From the human T2T-CHM13v2.0 reference genome, Homo sapiens, in assembly GCF_009914755.1 (NCBI RefSeq), contig NC_060927.1: DNA of 64,000 nt; one strand, 5' to 3'. Of this stretch, positions 14,983 to 32,000 are shown in pieces; within the stretch, counting starts at the first letter, position 1, and every line of letters starts with the position of its first letter. Both the position numbers and the translations under genes were made by a program. The notes under the pieces are model-generated. The model made no database searches, was not told the DNA's origin, and saw only the letters and a list, made by a program, of their open reading frames with translations.

Positions 14983-15108
14983 TTTTCTTTTCTTTTAAGA
15001 GATGGGGTTTCTTATGTTGCCCAGGCTGGTCTTGAACTCCTGGGCTCAAACGATCCTGTCACTGCAGCTTCCTGAGTAGGTGAGACTACAGTTGCATGCC
15101 ACTGTGCA
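14983..15108 (-). mobile_element. Alu monomer (FLAM-like)
   Basis: GAGATGGGG...GTTGCCCAGGCTGGTCTTGAACTCCTGGGCTCAA. Confidence 0.7.
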
Positions 15109-16390
15109 GGGATTTTATTTCATGGGATATTTTAAATCACTGTCTTTTATAAGAGATTCAACTTTCTTGTTAGCTACAGGTTTATTCAGATTTTCTATTT
15201 CTTTGTGGCTTAGTCTTGATAGGTTGTGTGTTTTTAGAAATTTGTCTATTTCATCTAGGTTATCCAATTTGTTGAAGTACAATTGCTCTCTTAAAATCCT
15301 TTTTATTTCTGTAGATTTGGTAATAATGTCCCCACTTTAATTTCTGATTTTAATAATTTGAGTCTTCTTTTTCTTTAGTCCATTTAGCTAAAGGCTTGTC
15401 AATTTTGTTGATCTTTTGGAAGAACCATCTTCAGATTTCTCTATTATTCTTCTATTATTTTCCTCTATTCTTCTTCTATTCTCTATTTCATTTATCTCTG
15501 CTCTAATCTTTATTATTTTATTCCTCCTACTAGCTTTGGGTTTAGTTTCTTTTACTTTTTCTAGTTTCTTAAGTTTTAAGTTTAGGTTGTTGATTTAAGA
15601 CATTTATTGTTTTTTTAATGTAAGCTATTTAATGTAAATTTTGAATTTATTATAAATATTCCCCTTTGCATTACTTTCTCTGTGTTCCATAAGTTTGGGT
15701 ATCATGTGTGTTCATTTTCATTTGTCTCTAGGTACATTGTAATTTCCATTATGATTTCTTTTATTAATTTGTTATTTAAGAGTGTGTTGGTTAATTTCCA
15801 GAAATTTGTGAATTTTCCAAATACTTAGGGAGTTTTTGATCATCATTTCTTCAAATATTCTCTCTTCCCCTTTCTCTCTCTGTTCACCTTCTGGAATTCC
15901 CTCAAGGCATATGTTGATCTGCTTGATGGTACCCTACAGGTCCCTTAGGCTCTGTTCACGTTCCTCCAGTCTTTTTTCTGTTCCTCAGACTTGATAATTT
16001 TCATTGTCCTATCAAGTTTGCTGATTCTTCTGCTTGCTCAAATTTGCCTTTGAATTTCTTAAAATTTTCACTTCGACTACTGTAATCTTCAGCTCCAGAA
16101 TTTATTTTTGCTTTCTTTTTAGGTTTTCTATTTCTTTATTGATATTTACATTTTCTTCACATATTGTTTTATTGACTTTCACCACATCCTCCTTTAGTTC
16201 TTTTAGCATCTTTAAGACAGTTGTTTGAAAGTCCTTGTCTATTACAACCATTTTTAGGTCTCTTTTAGGGACAATTTCTTGTTATTTTTTTTCCCCCTTT
16301 AACCAAGCCATACATTTCCGTTTCTTTGCATGCCTTGTGAATTTTTTGTTGGAAATTGGATATTTGAATCTAATAATGTGGTAACTCTGA

Positions 16391-16737
<347 letters not shown>

Positions 16738-19478
16738 TGGTTTGCTGGTTTTCTGTTTTTGTTGTTGTTGTTGTAGGCTGTCTTTGTGGTGTGGATCAGC
16801 CAGAAGTATAAAGTTAAGATCCTTTCATATATTTTTTGAGCCTTTGCCTTTCCCTGGGTATACATGATGATTTTCCAACTCCAATCACATACATGTGGTT
16901 CATTTTTAATGCTCTAGTCTTCAATATCTAGTTCCTAAAAGGGGGAAAATGTAGGAAGGGAAAAAGGTGTTTGCCCTTTATATTCCCTGAGAGTCATTTC
17001 ATCCAGAGATGGAGGGACTCGCAACAATGGGGTAAAGTGCAACAACAAAACCTGCTGCTTCTTTGCACCTTTGTGATGAGAAGCAGCAATCAGCAATGAG
17101 AGCATAGATCCTAAATATTTGGAGGACAGGGTCCTTTTCAGCTACCCTAGCTCCCACAGGCTGTGTACAGGTTGCTCCAGGAGCATGTGCACAGCTGCCT
17201 GACATGTGGCTGAAGGGTGGTTAGCTGCTACTGTGATTACAGCTGAAATTGATGAAAATTAACCACAATTATTGCTCAAGCCCTGGAAGTTATAAGCCTT
17301 CAACAGACTCCACAGTTCCAAAATACTTACATTAGACAGATTCTACTGGTAAAATTATTATCTAGGTGGGAAGATAGGTTCCTCTTTTTCCTCCTCTGCC
17401 ATCTTCTAGGAATTCTCTCTGGGGCTCCTTATTTTCAAAAACTTTTTATAGTGAAAAATTTCAAACCTAAACAAAAGTAAAGAGAATGATATAATGAATC
17501 CCTGTGCACTCATCACACAGCTTCAACAATTACCAACTACCTGCTCCTTCACCTGAATTTCAGCCTGTAATTTCTTGCCCATCTCTTTCCTGACAATTCG
17601 TGGCTTCAAATGATGTGATTTTCTGCCTTCTCTCCAGCTCCAAGAATCAATGTGATCCCCCCTAATATTTGACTAAATTAACAGGCTCTCTTTTTAATAT
17701 TCCTAACTTGAATAATTTTTATACCGTCCACCCTACCCCCCAGACTCCTTAAAAAAAAAAAAAAGGCAGTTTTTAATCCTTTCCAATGGTTTGAGAATCT
17801 GATGAAAGCCATGGACCATAACCCTAGAAAAAAAGGTGCACACACCATTTTATATGTGATTTCAGAAGGTTCATTGACACCTTGAAACCTTCCAAAGACC
17901 CTATGTTAAGAACCCCTTCTAAAAGGTAGATTCTCCCATTTCCTAGGCCATACCTGGTCCTTGTAGCCATGTTTCTCTTTCACATTTACATAGAAATGTA
18001 AGACTGGGAGAGCATCCAGTTCCATCACTTTTTTGTTGTTCTGTTGAGGCAATCAGACATGAAGGGCAATTTTATTTGTTTTTGTTCTTTTCATGAAGGC
18101 ATTTTGAATTAATTGTCCAATTAATTCCAATTCCACATGAAGGAAACATGCCTGTTCCAAATCCTGGAGAGTCAGCAACAGAATCAGAGGTCCTGCCAAC
18201 ATTTTTCATACTAACCTCATGCTACCTCTGAATATTTTTCTGCTCCTTTGAAATGAATTAATGCTAACTCCAAAATATTCTGAAAACCCACTCTAAAAAT
18301 ACCTGCTTCAGCACATTTTCTTCTTTCTCCTCTCTTCTCTTTACTCACACAGCATTGGATTTACATGAAATGCAAGGAAGAAAAGTACTAAGGGAGTCAA
18401 AAGACAAATTGGAATGAAGTGAACAATTAATTTAAAACATCCTTTAACAAGTATATTTTAAACTACAAAGGTGTTCGTGATTCCTTGACAGGGTTCAATT
18501 TAGGTTTTGCTCTGCTACTTGCTCATTCACGGAAAATCTCTGGGATGGACCCATCAACTAGCATAGAAGGTTGGTTGAGTACTCTAGCACTGTTCCCTGC
18601 AACATTCTCCCCAGTTCTTCTAATGCTGAACCTCAGCTCTGGCTCTACATCACAGTCACCTGTGAAGCTTTTAAAGTTGAGAAAAAAGACAGGCTCAGGT
18701 GAGCCCAATTCAGGTTTACTTACTTTGGGTCCAGGCTCTAGGTGTGCAGGCCAGGCTCTGGGTGTGCAAGCCAGGGATGAGAACCCTGGTCTAATGCTAT
18801 ATGCAAGGAATTAATATTGTTAGTAATGGTGGAGGCCTGGGAGAATACTAAAATTGTTTTATAGCTTATAGCTCAGCAAGAAAGATATATTTAGTCTTTA
18901 AAAAAAAACAGGAAAATTTCAGAAGGAAAATTTTGAAGGAACTTTACACGTAAACCACTGTGGGGTAATATTTTTAAAATGCTATTTTTCTCTACCATTT
19001 AATTCCTAATGTGGCATAAACTTTTCGGCTCAGTTGGGATATGCTGACACATTATATGTACACACATTTGTATCTTATTTATTTGTATTATATAAATAAT
19101 AAATAAACTTTTTTTAATGTATAGAAGAGTACAAAGTAAAAAGTAAAAATCTTGGCCACCCTCCCTGGCCCCATCTCAGAGGAAACCCTATTAAGAATTT
19201 CTTATGTATCCTTCTAGAAACTGGCTACCCACATCAAAAGTATATATATAATGTTAATATGTATTTATTACATTTATTTATTAGCTCAGGACTCAAAGGG
19301 GCTTGGAAATTATCATGACAGTAGATTTCTTTTACTTTCATCCTACCTATGGTGCAACAGGAAGTCTAGACTTTTACTAGGTTTCCCTCACAAGTAACTT
19401 TAGGACTCCTTGAGAACATTTAACTTTCCCACAGGATCATGATGGTTAGCTCCCAGGGGCGAGCCTCCAAGCAAATAA

Positions 19479-19937
<459 letters not shown>

Positions 19938-20665
19938 TAAATTTTTTTGAGACAGGAGTCTTTCTATGTTGCCCAGGCTAGAGTGCAGTGGCTTTTCTCA
20001 GGCCTGATCATAGATCACAACAATCTTGAACTCTTGGGTTCAAGCATTGCTCCTGCTTCAGCCTCTTGAGTAGCAAAAGGATTACTCTGATGTAACGGTA
20101 TTTGCATGCCATGGCATGCACTTCTGGGTTCTTCAGTTTTAGAATAAAGGTCTCCTTATTCTGTGGTTGTAAGGGCCTCCCATGGCCCAGTATGGGTCAT
20201 ATCCAGCCAAATCCAGGCCAGCTCTCTAAAGTTTAAGGTGATAATCTGGCCTGCACACCTTTCCTGGGGTCTTCAGACTTGCTCTTATTCTCCTATAAAC
20301 AATCCCTTAATTAACAGCAGATATCACATGCACCTAAGAACAAGTGAAATTGTACTGGGATAGTGCAGCCTAACCACAAGGGAACTGTAATCTGAAAAAA
20401 TGCAAGTCTTTTACCACAGTGACCATTTTCATATTACCAGTCAGAATAAGATTGCTCTTCAACTAAACCAGCTCCATCTCAGAAATGATGCCTGAGATTT
20501 GACTCATAATTACATAGAAGTGGGGCACAGAGCAAAGTGGGTGGGGATTTTGAGGCAACAATATTTGACACTAGTTGATTATCATTGAAACTAAGTGACG
20601 TGTACCTGAGAGTTCATTATATTATTCTATGTATTTTTGTATAAGTTTGAGATATTCTACAGTTA

Positions 20666-20995
<330 letters not shown>

Positions 20996-21755
20996 GGCTT
21001 TATCCTTGATGTTTGCATCACTAAAAGATTCCTCTTTGTGGTTTTCTGGAATAAAGGAACTTGCAGCCCTGTGGGTGAATTTAGTCTCTACTCTTGTAAC
21101 AAGCTTCTTTCCTTCCTCCACATGTGATAACTGAGATTTTTAGGGCCAATATTTACTCAAAGTTCACATTCTAGCTACTGAGTTCTTCCTCACAAGCACT
21201 CGCTTCAAGGGAACTTCTCATAATCAGCCCTGGGATTACGGCAACCTAAAGGTCTTGTTCTCCTTTCAATGTTTCTACAGATGTGTGCCATCTTGCATTT
21301 CTAGATGGTAAATTAAATTCTGCCTATGCTATTTTATGCCTCTTTTTTCTTTTTTAAAAATGATTTTACTAGTACAATTGGAGGAAAAGGAGTCTGGTGA
21401 GGGTGGCTTGGAGAATAACTGGTTGGTCACCAGGACGGGATAGCACCTCTGGTTCTAGTGAGATTTATGGAAGGGGCTTTGTTCTGGAATGTGGTACTCA
21501 GCTTTATTAACTCAGAAACTTAAATGTTAGCACACACAGACACAATGGGACTCTAAGGGCTGATGAATGCCAATTAATTAACTTGCAATGGGAAACATAA
21601 CGTAGCAAGCCTCAAATCCAAGTTTGCTGGTTAGCACATTTTCTGTCTATGGGAAACTTAAGAAGCCAAATTATAACCAGAAGGGTAGTTGGTGACAGCC
21701 AGTTCTACAACAGTGAGTTTTCAACTAGGGAGGGTTGCCCTTCTCTGGGGGATAG

Positions 21756-22398
<643 letters not shown>

Positions 22399-22415
22399 GG
22401 AAGGGGATTTTAGGG

Positions 22416-22418
<3 letters not shown>

Positions 22419-22454
<36 letters not shown>
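22419..22454. repeat. (TG)18 microsatellite
   Basis: Uninterrupted TG repeat. Confidence 0.95.
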
Positions 22455-22455
<1 letters not shown>

Positions 22456-23529
22456 TATTTTTCTTTTAGCATATATAATTAGAAAAGGCATATCCAATGT
22501 TATAATTCAACAATATTTGGGGGGGAAATTTAAAACTCTTGCGTTCATAACAAAAATTGTAAAAAATAAACCTTAACAAAATGTTCCTGGCTGGTGACTC
22601 AGCTGGGGGCAGGGGGCAGGGTGGGAATCTACAAATCAAACTCTCTCTGGAGAATCTAAGATTTTTCATTTTTCAAAATGAAGCAAGAAAACATTGTTTA
22701 CTGAGGCACTAAACAAAAGCCATACGTGGGGCAACTTAAGTTTGCAGGATCCAAATCAATTTTCCGTTCTCAAGTTCTTCTCACTAAACAGTGTTATGAT
22801 TAATCTAATCATGCTTAGTTTTTTAGTAGTCATTAACTGTGGGAATTGATGTAGAAATCTGGGTTACTTATAAAGTATGTACTTTATAGTACTGTACTAT
22901 GTACTATAAAGTAGTGCTACAGTTTTGTGACCAAATTCTGCAGCCAGCCAAAACCACTGTATGGGTAAAGCAGACATTGATAGTCTCAGCATTGATTTAT
23001 CTCCCTTCTTCCTTTCTAAAAGATCCCACTTTCATTTGGGGATTGCTGTGTTTCCTGGGAAGAGGACTCTACTCCTACTATATTCCAACCTCTTAAATGC
23101 AGCAATTGGTTGGTAACCTAAACCAGTCCAATCAAAGTGAATCTGAAAGACTTTTCTTATGATGTTAATGACAAAGACGGGCTCATTTTCCTGGTGCCTT
23201 TAGTAGCCACCTATGGCCACAAGAAGAGTCTAAATTAGGAGAAAGAAAACGAAGACAGGAAAGCGAAGCAGAGAGATACTGGGGCATTGGGGCCATCTCT
23301 AGGCCACTGGATCATGTTTGCCTGAACCAATACTACCTCTGGACTTGACAGTTATTTGTACCAACAAACTCTTTTTTAATTGTTCCAGCTATTTTTAGTT
23401 GTAATTGAAAGCACGTGGGTGGATCAGGGTTCTGCTGAATCTGGACTGTTTGATTTTCTTGTTCTTCGACCGGCTTGAATATCAGTCATTGAAGCAAGTC
23501 ATAGAGAAATGGCTGTAGTAAAACTGTCA

Positions 23530-23683
23530 TGTTCTTAATTTTTGCTGTACATCAGAATCACGTGGAGAGCTTTAACAGATGCCACGCCAGTTAAACCAGA
23601 ATCTATAAAGTTGGGACTCAGGAATCAGAATTTTAAAAAATTCTCAAGTAATTCCAGTGAGCAGCCTCGGCTGAGAACCACTG
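23530..23683. mobile_element. MER5-type hAT-Charlie fossil
   Basis: CATCAGAATCAC...GGAGAGCTTT...AATCAGAATTTTAAA...GCTGAGAACCACTG. Confidence 0.65.
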
Positions 23684-23879
23684 GTCTAAGTATCTTGTTC
23701 TGTCCATTCAGTGGGGTCTGCAGACAACATGTCCTAAATATGTCTTTCCATTAAAGAAAAAAAAAAAGCTGACATGTAACTTGTGAGGTTAATGCAAACC
23801 ATACTGATGTGACAGAAAAGCAAAATGTGTGCAAATTTTGTACTCTATTCCATATTATAATCCTTTCTCTCTCGCTCCC

Positions 23880-25930
<2,051 letters not shown>

Positions 25931-26051
25931 ACAGAGTATATTGTACGTACTATCCGCTCATCACTCTTATTTACTCATTCGCTTGTTCATTAATTTAACT
26001 ACTTTGTGCCAGGTACTATTCTAGGCACTGTTTCATTTGATGATTAATATT

Positions 26052-26345
26052 TTATCTTCTTTTTCTTTGATACAGGGTCTCACTCTGTCACCCAGGCTGG
26101 AATGCAGTGGCACAATCACTGCTTACTGCAGTCTCAACCTCCTGGGCTCAAGAGATCCTCCACCTCAGCCTGCCAAGTAGCTGGTACTACAGGCACATGC
26201 CACCACACCTGGCTAATTTTTGATTTTTTGTAGAGATGGGGGCTCACTGTTGCCCAGGCTGGTCTCCAACTCCTGGCCTCAAACAATCCTCCTGCCTCGG
26301 CCTCCCAAAGCACTGGGATTACAGGCATGAGCCCTCATGCCCAAC
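26052..26345 (-). mobile_element. AluJ
   Basis: Antisense dimer. Confidence 0.85.
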
Positions 26346-27552
26346 TTTTTTTAAAAATCATATTTCTACAAGCAGACCACAATATATTAATACTGAAAGA
26401 ATTACAGTGAAACCACCAGATTATTGAGTTTTACAGAGACAAGAATTTACAGGTATGATAAAGTACAGAAAGCAAATAATAGGACATTAAAAGAAAAATG
26501 CTCTTTAAAGTTGTATATTTTGAATCTTGTCTCCCTAATCACACTGTGAGATCTTAACTATGAGTTTGTTGCAGCCAATGTATGTTTATCCTAAAAAAAA
26601 AAGCCTAACTTGTAGATAATGACAATTTGTGGAGCTGTTTTACAAAAATTCCATTTTGTATAATAAAGTATGCAATTTTGCAAAATTAATGTAATTGTAT
26701 TGTTACACTCTACACCATGTAGGGTTAGACCCTAAAACTGTAACCTAAGCAGAGAATGATTTTTTTGGAAATGCATTAGGTACTCTGCAGAATTAAGGGA
26801 CAGACCTAAGACCTGGTCCATAAAGGACAGGAACAGGAGCAGATTCACGAGGCTATGTATCAGGCCATCAAACATCTGGCCAGGCCACTAAAATGAATTT
26901 GTGTCAACCATTCTCTTTAAGTCTGAGGGTTTCAGAGTTCCAGGAGAGACTTACAGTCTCAGTGTGGATAGCAGGGAGCATGGTCCCATGTCTGACAGTC
27001 CCATCTAACTATAGCCAATTGGGAAGAGCATATTTCACAATGTAAATTGGGGTATAATCAAAACAGCAAAATGATCAGTAAAAATAGCACCTTCTTGATG
27101 CCCTTAGTGACAACTAATGTCTCCTCTCTTATAAATGCAGAGCTCCTTATTTGTTGTAGCTCTTCATCTGCCTAACACACTCTAACTGAACTGATGATGT
27201 TTATGTACCTTTCCATTTCCTCCAGTAGCTTATAAGCTTTGGAAGGCAGTGGCTGAAGCAGCTTCATAATCTGGGGAGCAGTGTCCTAAAGATCTCCCAA
27301 TGTGGCTATTTCAAAATTTGTTTAGAATATTCTGAGGCATGAACTTATGGAAAAGCAAATGCCCTTTTCTCTATTCCACTATAGACAAAGAAATTTTTAA
27401 TAGTTTTTACCTTTCTAATTTGAAAAACACAAGATGACTATAGGAAGACATAAATACTCAGTTGCTTTCCTATCTTTTCTAAATCTGCCAAATGCCCACA
27501 ACATCTCTCACTTTAGTAGAAAATCTATTAAGTTAAAATTTCAAAGGATATA

Positions 27553-28023
27553 CAGTTGTCCCTTGGTATCCACAGGGGATTGGTCCTAAGACTCCTGAGG
27601 ATACAAAAATCTGTGGATGTTCAAGTCCCTTACATAAAATGGTGTAGTACAGAAAGTCCCCAACTTTTGATTGTTCAACTTGCAATTTTTTGACTTTAGG
27701 ATGGTGATACACGCATTCAATATGCTCTTTATGACAGGACTACATCTGGATAAACCCATCGTAAACAGAAAATATCGAAAGGTAAATCCATCATAAGACA
27801 AGGAGCATCATGTTTGCATATAACCTATGCACATCCTTCCCTATACTTGAAGTCATTTCTAGACTACTTGTAATACCTAATGTAAATGACATGTAAATAG
27901 TTGTTATACTACATTTTAAATTTTTTTGTATTATTCTTATTGTTATTTTTGTATTTCTGAATACCTTTGATCTGTGGTTGATCGAATACATAGATGTGGA
28001 ACCTGAGATATGGAGACTGACTG
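27553..28023. mobile_element. MER2 (Tigger-family MITE) with nested MER47-like MITE at about 27650-27812
   Basis: TA-CAGTTGTCCCTTGGTATCC...GACTGACTG-TA termini; MER2 sequence GGTGTAGTA/TTTGCATATAACC interrupted by about 160 bp starting CAGAAAGTCCCCAACTT. Confidence 0.75.
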
Positions 28024-28159
28024 TAATACTGGTCCAATTTTCTTTAGAGCTGATTTTAGCTAAGTCTCTTCGATAGTTCATCTAACTTCCTAGCTGGTAT
28101 AACTTTTGAATCAGGCTAAAAATAAAACACAATCCACTGGAAAATAACTCTTCTAATAA

Positions 28160-28502
<343 letters not shown>

Positions 28503-28646
28503 CTGGGAAGACAATTCTAAAAAGCCATAATTATAGAAAATATGTTACTAAATCAGTTAGTTCTTTTATGAACATAAAATACACTGCAATGGATTATAAT
28601 CCACAGTAAGACCAAGAATAAGGCTTGTTAAAATACTGTGAAAAGG

Positions 28647-29030
28647 AGTATCCATAGAATGGAATATTATTCAGTCATAAAGTGCATGAAATACTGATAC
28701 ATGCTAGAACATGGATGAACCTTGAAAACATTATGTTAAGTGAAAGAAGCCAGACACAAAAGGCCACATATTATATAATTCCACTTATATGAAATATCCA
28801 GAATAGGCAAATCTACAGAAAGTAGATTAGTGGTTGCTAGAAGAAGGGAAAATGAAGAGTGATTGCTAATAATTACAGGTTTCTTTTGGGTATGATAAAA
28901 ATGTTCTGTAATCAGATAGTGGTAATGGTTGCACAATTTTGTGAACATCCTAAAGCCACTGAATTGTACATTTTGAAAGGGTAAATTTTATGTGAATTTT
29001 ATCTCAATAAAAAATAAATTTTAAAAAGAA
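28647..29030 (+). mobile_element. L1MB 3' end
   Basis: ATGGAATATTATTCAG...ACATGGATGAACCTTGAAAACATTATG...TATCTCAATAAA. Confidence 0.8.
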
Positions 29031-32000
29031 AGGGAGGAGGCTTAATGAGAGGTTTGGCATGAAAATAAATTGTTTTAAGGGCCCAAGAAAGGCATGGAAT
29101 TTAGTATTTATCCCTTGGTAAAAACAAAGAGTAGATGAAACAAGCATAGAAAAGAATACCCAATAATTATATTCTTGAAAGCCTAAACATAAAAAAAAGG
29201 TTTTAATTACATTGCTCATACCAAGAGATAAATAATTTTTGCCTTTTTGAAAAGTACATGGGGACTTGCTCATTTTTCCCCCCAAATACTAAAAAAAAAA
29301 AAAAATGCCTGTAGCTTTTCTTAAGCTCTTCTTTTAGTCTATGAATTGTGCCAAGTCTCAGCTGCAAATCAAGCCATTTTATTATGGTGCAGCACTTAAA
29401 CTCACTTGAGCTTTGTAAGAATTTTTTATTTATTTGGAATGAAAGAATATGGTTTTCAGACCATGCCAGGAAATCATATCCTAACCATCTATACTTGCTC
29501 CAATGAAACTCAGACTTCCCTGGATTTTCTTTTCCTCATTCTCTGAATTTTAATCTGTGTGCTTTTAGTCTTCGAGTTAACTGAGAAGCCTTTTCGTTCT
29601 GTGAACTAAGCACATTCCTTCAAAACCACAGGCATCCACTTCTCATTGGACTTATGACAATCACAACATTGGCACACAGGTAAAAAATAACTTGATTTGC
29701 TTTTCCCATCACACCTCTGGTTACCTCAGGGGACCCCACTTCAATGGAAAAAGAGTAAGGATAATTTCTGTCAAAGTATTCCTCAGTATTCTATAATGAT
29801 TTCACCTTTCCTCTGCACACTTCCACAGCTGTAGCCATTGAATCATGTTAGATTTCTGCCTTCCAGAAGAAGGCAGAGTTTCAAGGAAAAGCAATTCTAG
29901 TAGACACCAGACCAGAGGAACTTCCCTTCTTCAGAATAACTCCCTCAGGAGATTCCTTTCTGCAGCCTAATGAGCTTATGGATTAAACTATTTTAGAGGA
30001 TGGAACAGCCTAAGAGCATTCTAAATTCTGAGACTAGAACTTTATCCTTTGTTCAACACACAATATGGGTCACTCTAAGTACCTACTATTAACAAAACTG
30101 AATCTGTACCATGTAAAAAAGCCAGAAAAGATTTCAAAATGTGCTTTGTTATCAATATAATGCCATGCATAAGTGGGTAGTTTATAGCTTAGTGTAACAG
30201 AGCAGAGTAAAAAAAATTTTAAAAGTTAAAAGGCCTCATATGGTTGGTGAGATAAGGCACAAATCTTTTTTGTGTTATTTCCCTTTTTGGCTGCTGGGCA
30301 GACTCTTCTGCAACAGAGGATATGATAACTGCAAGAGAAGAAAATGAAAAGTGTAGTCTTTGCAACTAAAAAATGTCAACTTAGGCTCAAGCACAATAAA
30401 AAAACACAGTCTCTCACTCTGGTGGTCATATAATTGGTAATATTTCTAATGATAACAAACATAATTTACATTATAATTATAAAAAGTTCATCTTATTCAA
30501 AAGTTGCTTGGGTTTAGAATGGCAACAACTCAAGTAAAAGCCCAGTTTTAGAGCACATTAACATAGATATTTGTATTATTGATACTGCCTTTTAACCCAC
30601 TAAGGATATGAAATTACTTTTTCTATATTCGCCCATTATGGTATGTCAAAACTTTTGGACTCATGGCTGTTGTGCATACTTAAGTTATAGATGGAGTTCC
30701 TGGGTAGAGAGGAGCTGTAAAAATCTAGAACAAAGAGCCATTACTACTCTGTGATCAAATCATTAAATACACATTTTAGTGCCATATAGTATTTTTTCTC
30801 ATCTTTATATAATTTTTTGAAAGCTGAAAAATAATGGGCTTATTCTGCTTTTATAATTCAAACATTACTTTCAAAATGTATAAAGCTTACTGAACTAACC
30901 ACGTTAATGGTGGAGTTAGGTTCATTTGTTCTAAGAAAAGTATTTGAGTTTGAATATAACAGTCATGATGGTTTTAAAAGTGAACATATTTAAGTTAGAG
31001 GCAATGTAGTATCATAACATTTCCACCAAAATATTTTCTACTGTTGGTGGAAGAAAGATGTGAGAGTAATCTATGATTATGGAAACTCTGGAAAAGAAGA
31101 TACTTAATCAAATTCATATAAGTACAGAGAAGACTGAGTAAGTTATAGCAGGAGGACTTTAATATAGCAGCTGACAGAACTTCCTGATCATAAGGGATGT
31201 GAAAAACTTCAAAGAAATACTGTTTCCATTTGAGATGAAAAACAACACAAACAATTCTCCATTTAGAAGTAATATTACCTAGAAAAGGAGAAACGGCTTA
31301 ATGTCTTAAGATTCCCATGTTTTTTTCACTAACATGGAGAAAAAAATGACAGAAAAAGGAAACTCTAGAGCGCTCTATATATAAAACCCTCAGCCTGTTT
31401 ACCTGAGTCCTTTGGGGACTGAGTAGTTTTGAACAGCTGAGTTTTCTGGTAAACTATGTGTTTATCATTCTAAGAATTAAGTTTGGATAAAAATATCTAC
31501 TAAAAATATATTTAAATTCCCTGATCTTTTTTCTTTCCTTTAATATTTTTTCCTAAATGTTATGAAAGTTATTCAAACTTACTATAGAAATTAAAAAAGA
31601 AAAGAAACAGCCATAATTCCGCCACCCAGAAACAACCAGTTGGCATTTTTTTCCCAGTTTCTTTAACAGAGTATACAGGACATAATTCAAGGCTGTAAAA
31701 TAATGAGATCCTCAGTCTACAAAACTATTTCAATAATGGTAAACATTTATTGAGTTCTTTGTAAAGCCTGGTACTATGTTAAACATTCTATATACATGGT
31801 CTCATATAGTCCTTACGAGTCAATGTGGTAGGTAATCCTATATTCCTATTTTAGAGATGAACAAAAAAAAAGGCTTTGAGAATTTATCAAGGACCCATAA
31901 TAATCCACAGAACCTAAATTCAAATCCTTTTGTCCAACTCCGAAGACTTATCTCTTAACCACTTCATAAGATTAAAACGCTGAAGGGGCACATACTGTTA

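Noticed and set aside
18731-18775. 20-bp tandem duplication CCAGGCTCT(A/G)GGTGTGCA(G/A)G
   Set aside because: Small local duplication in a MER5-like fossil; no sign of function.
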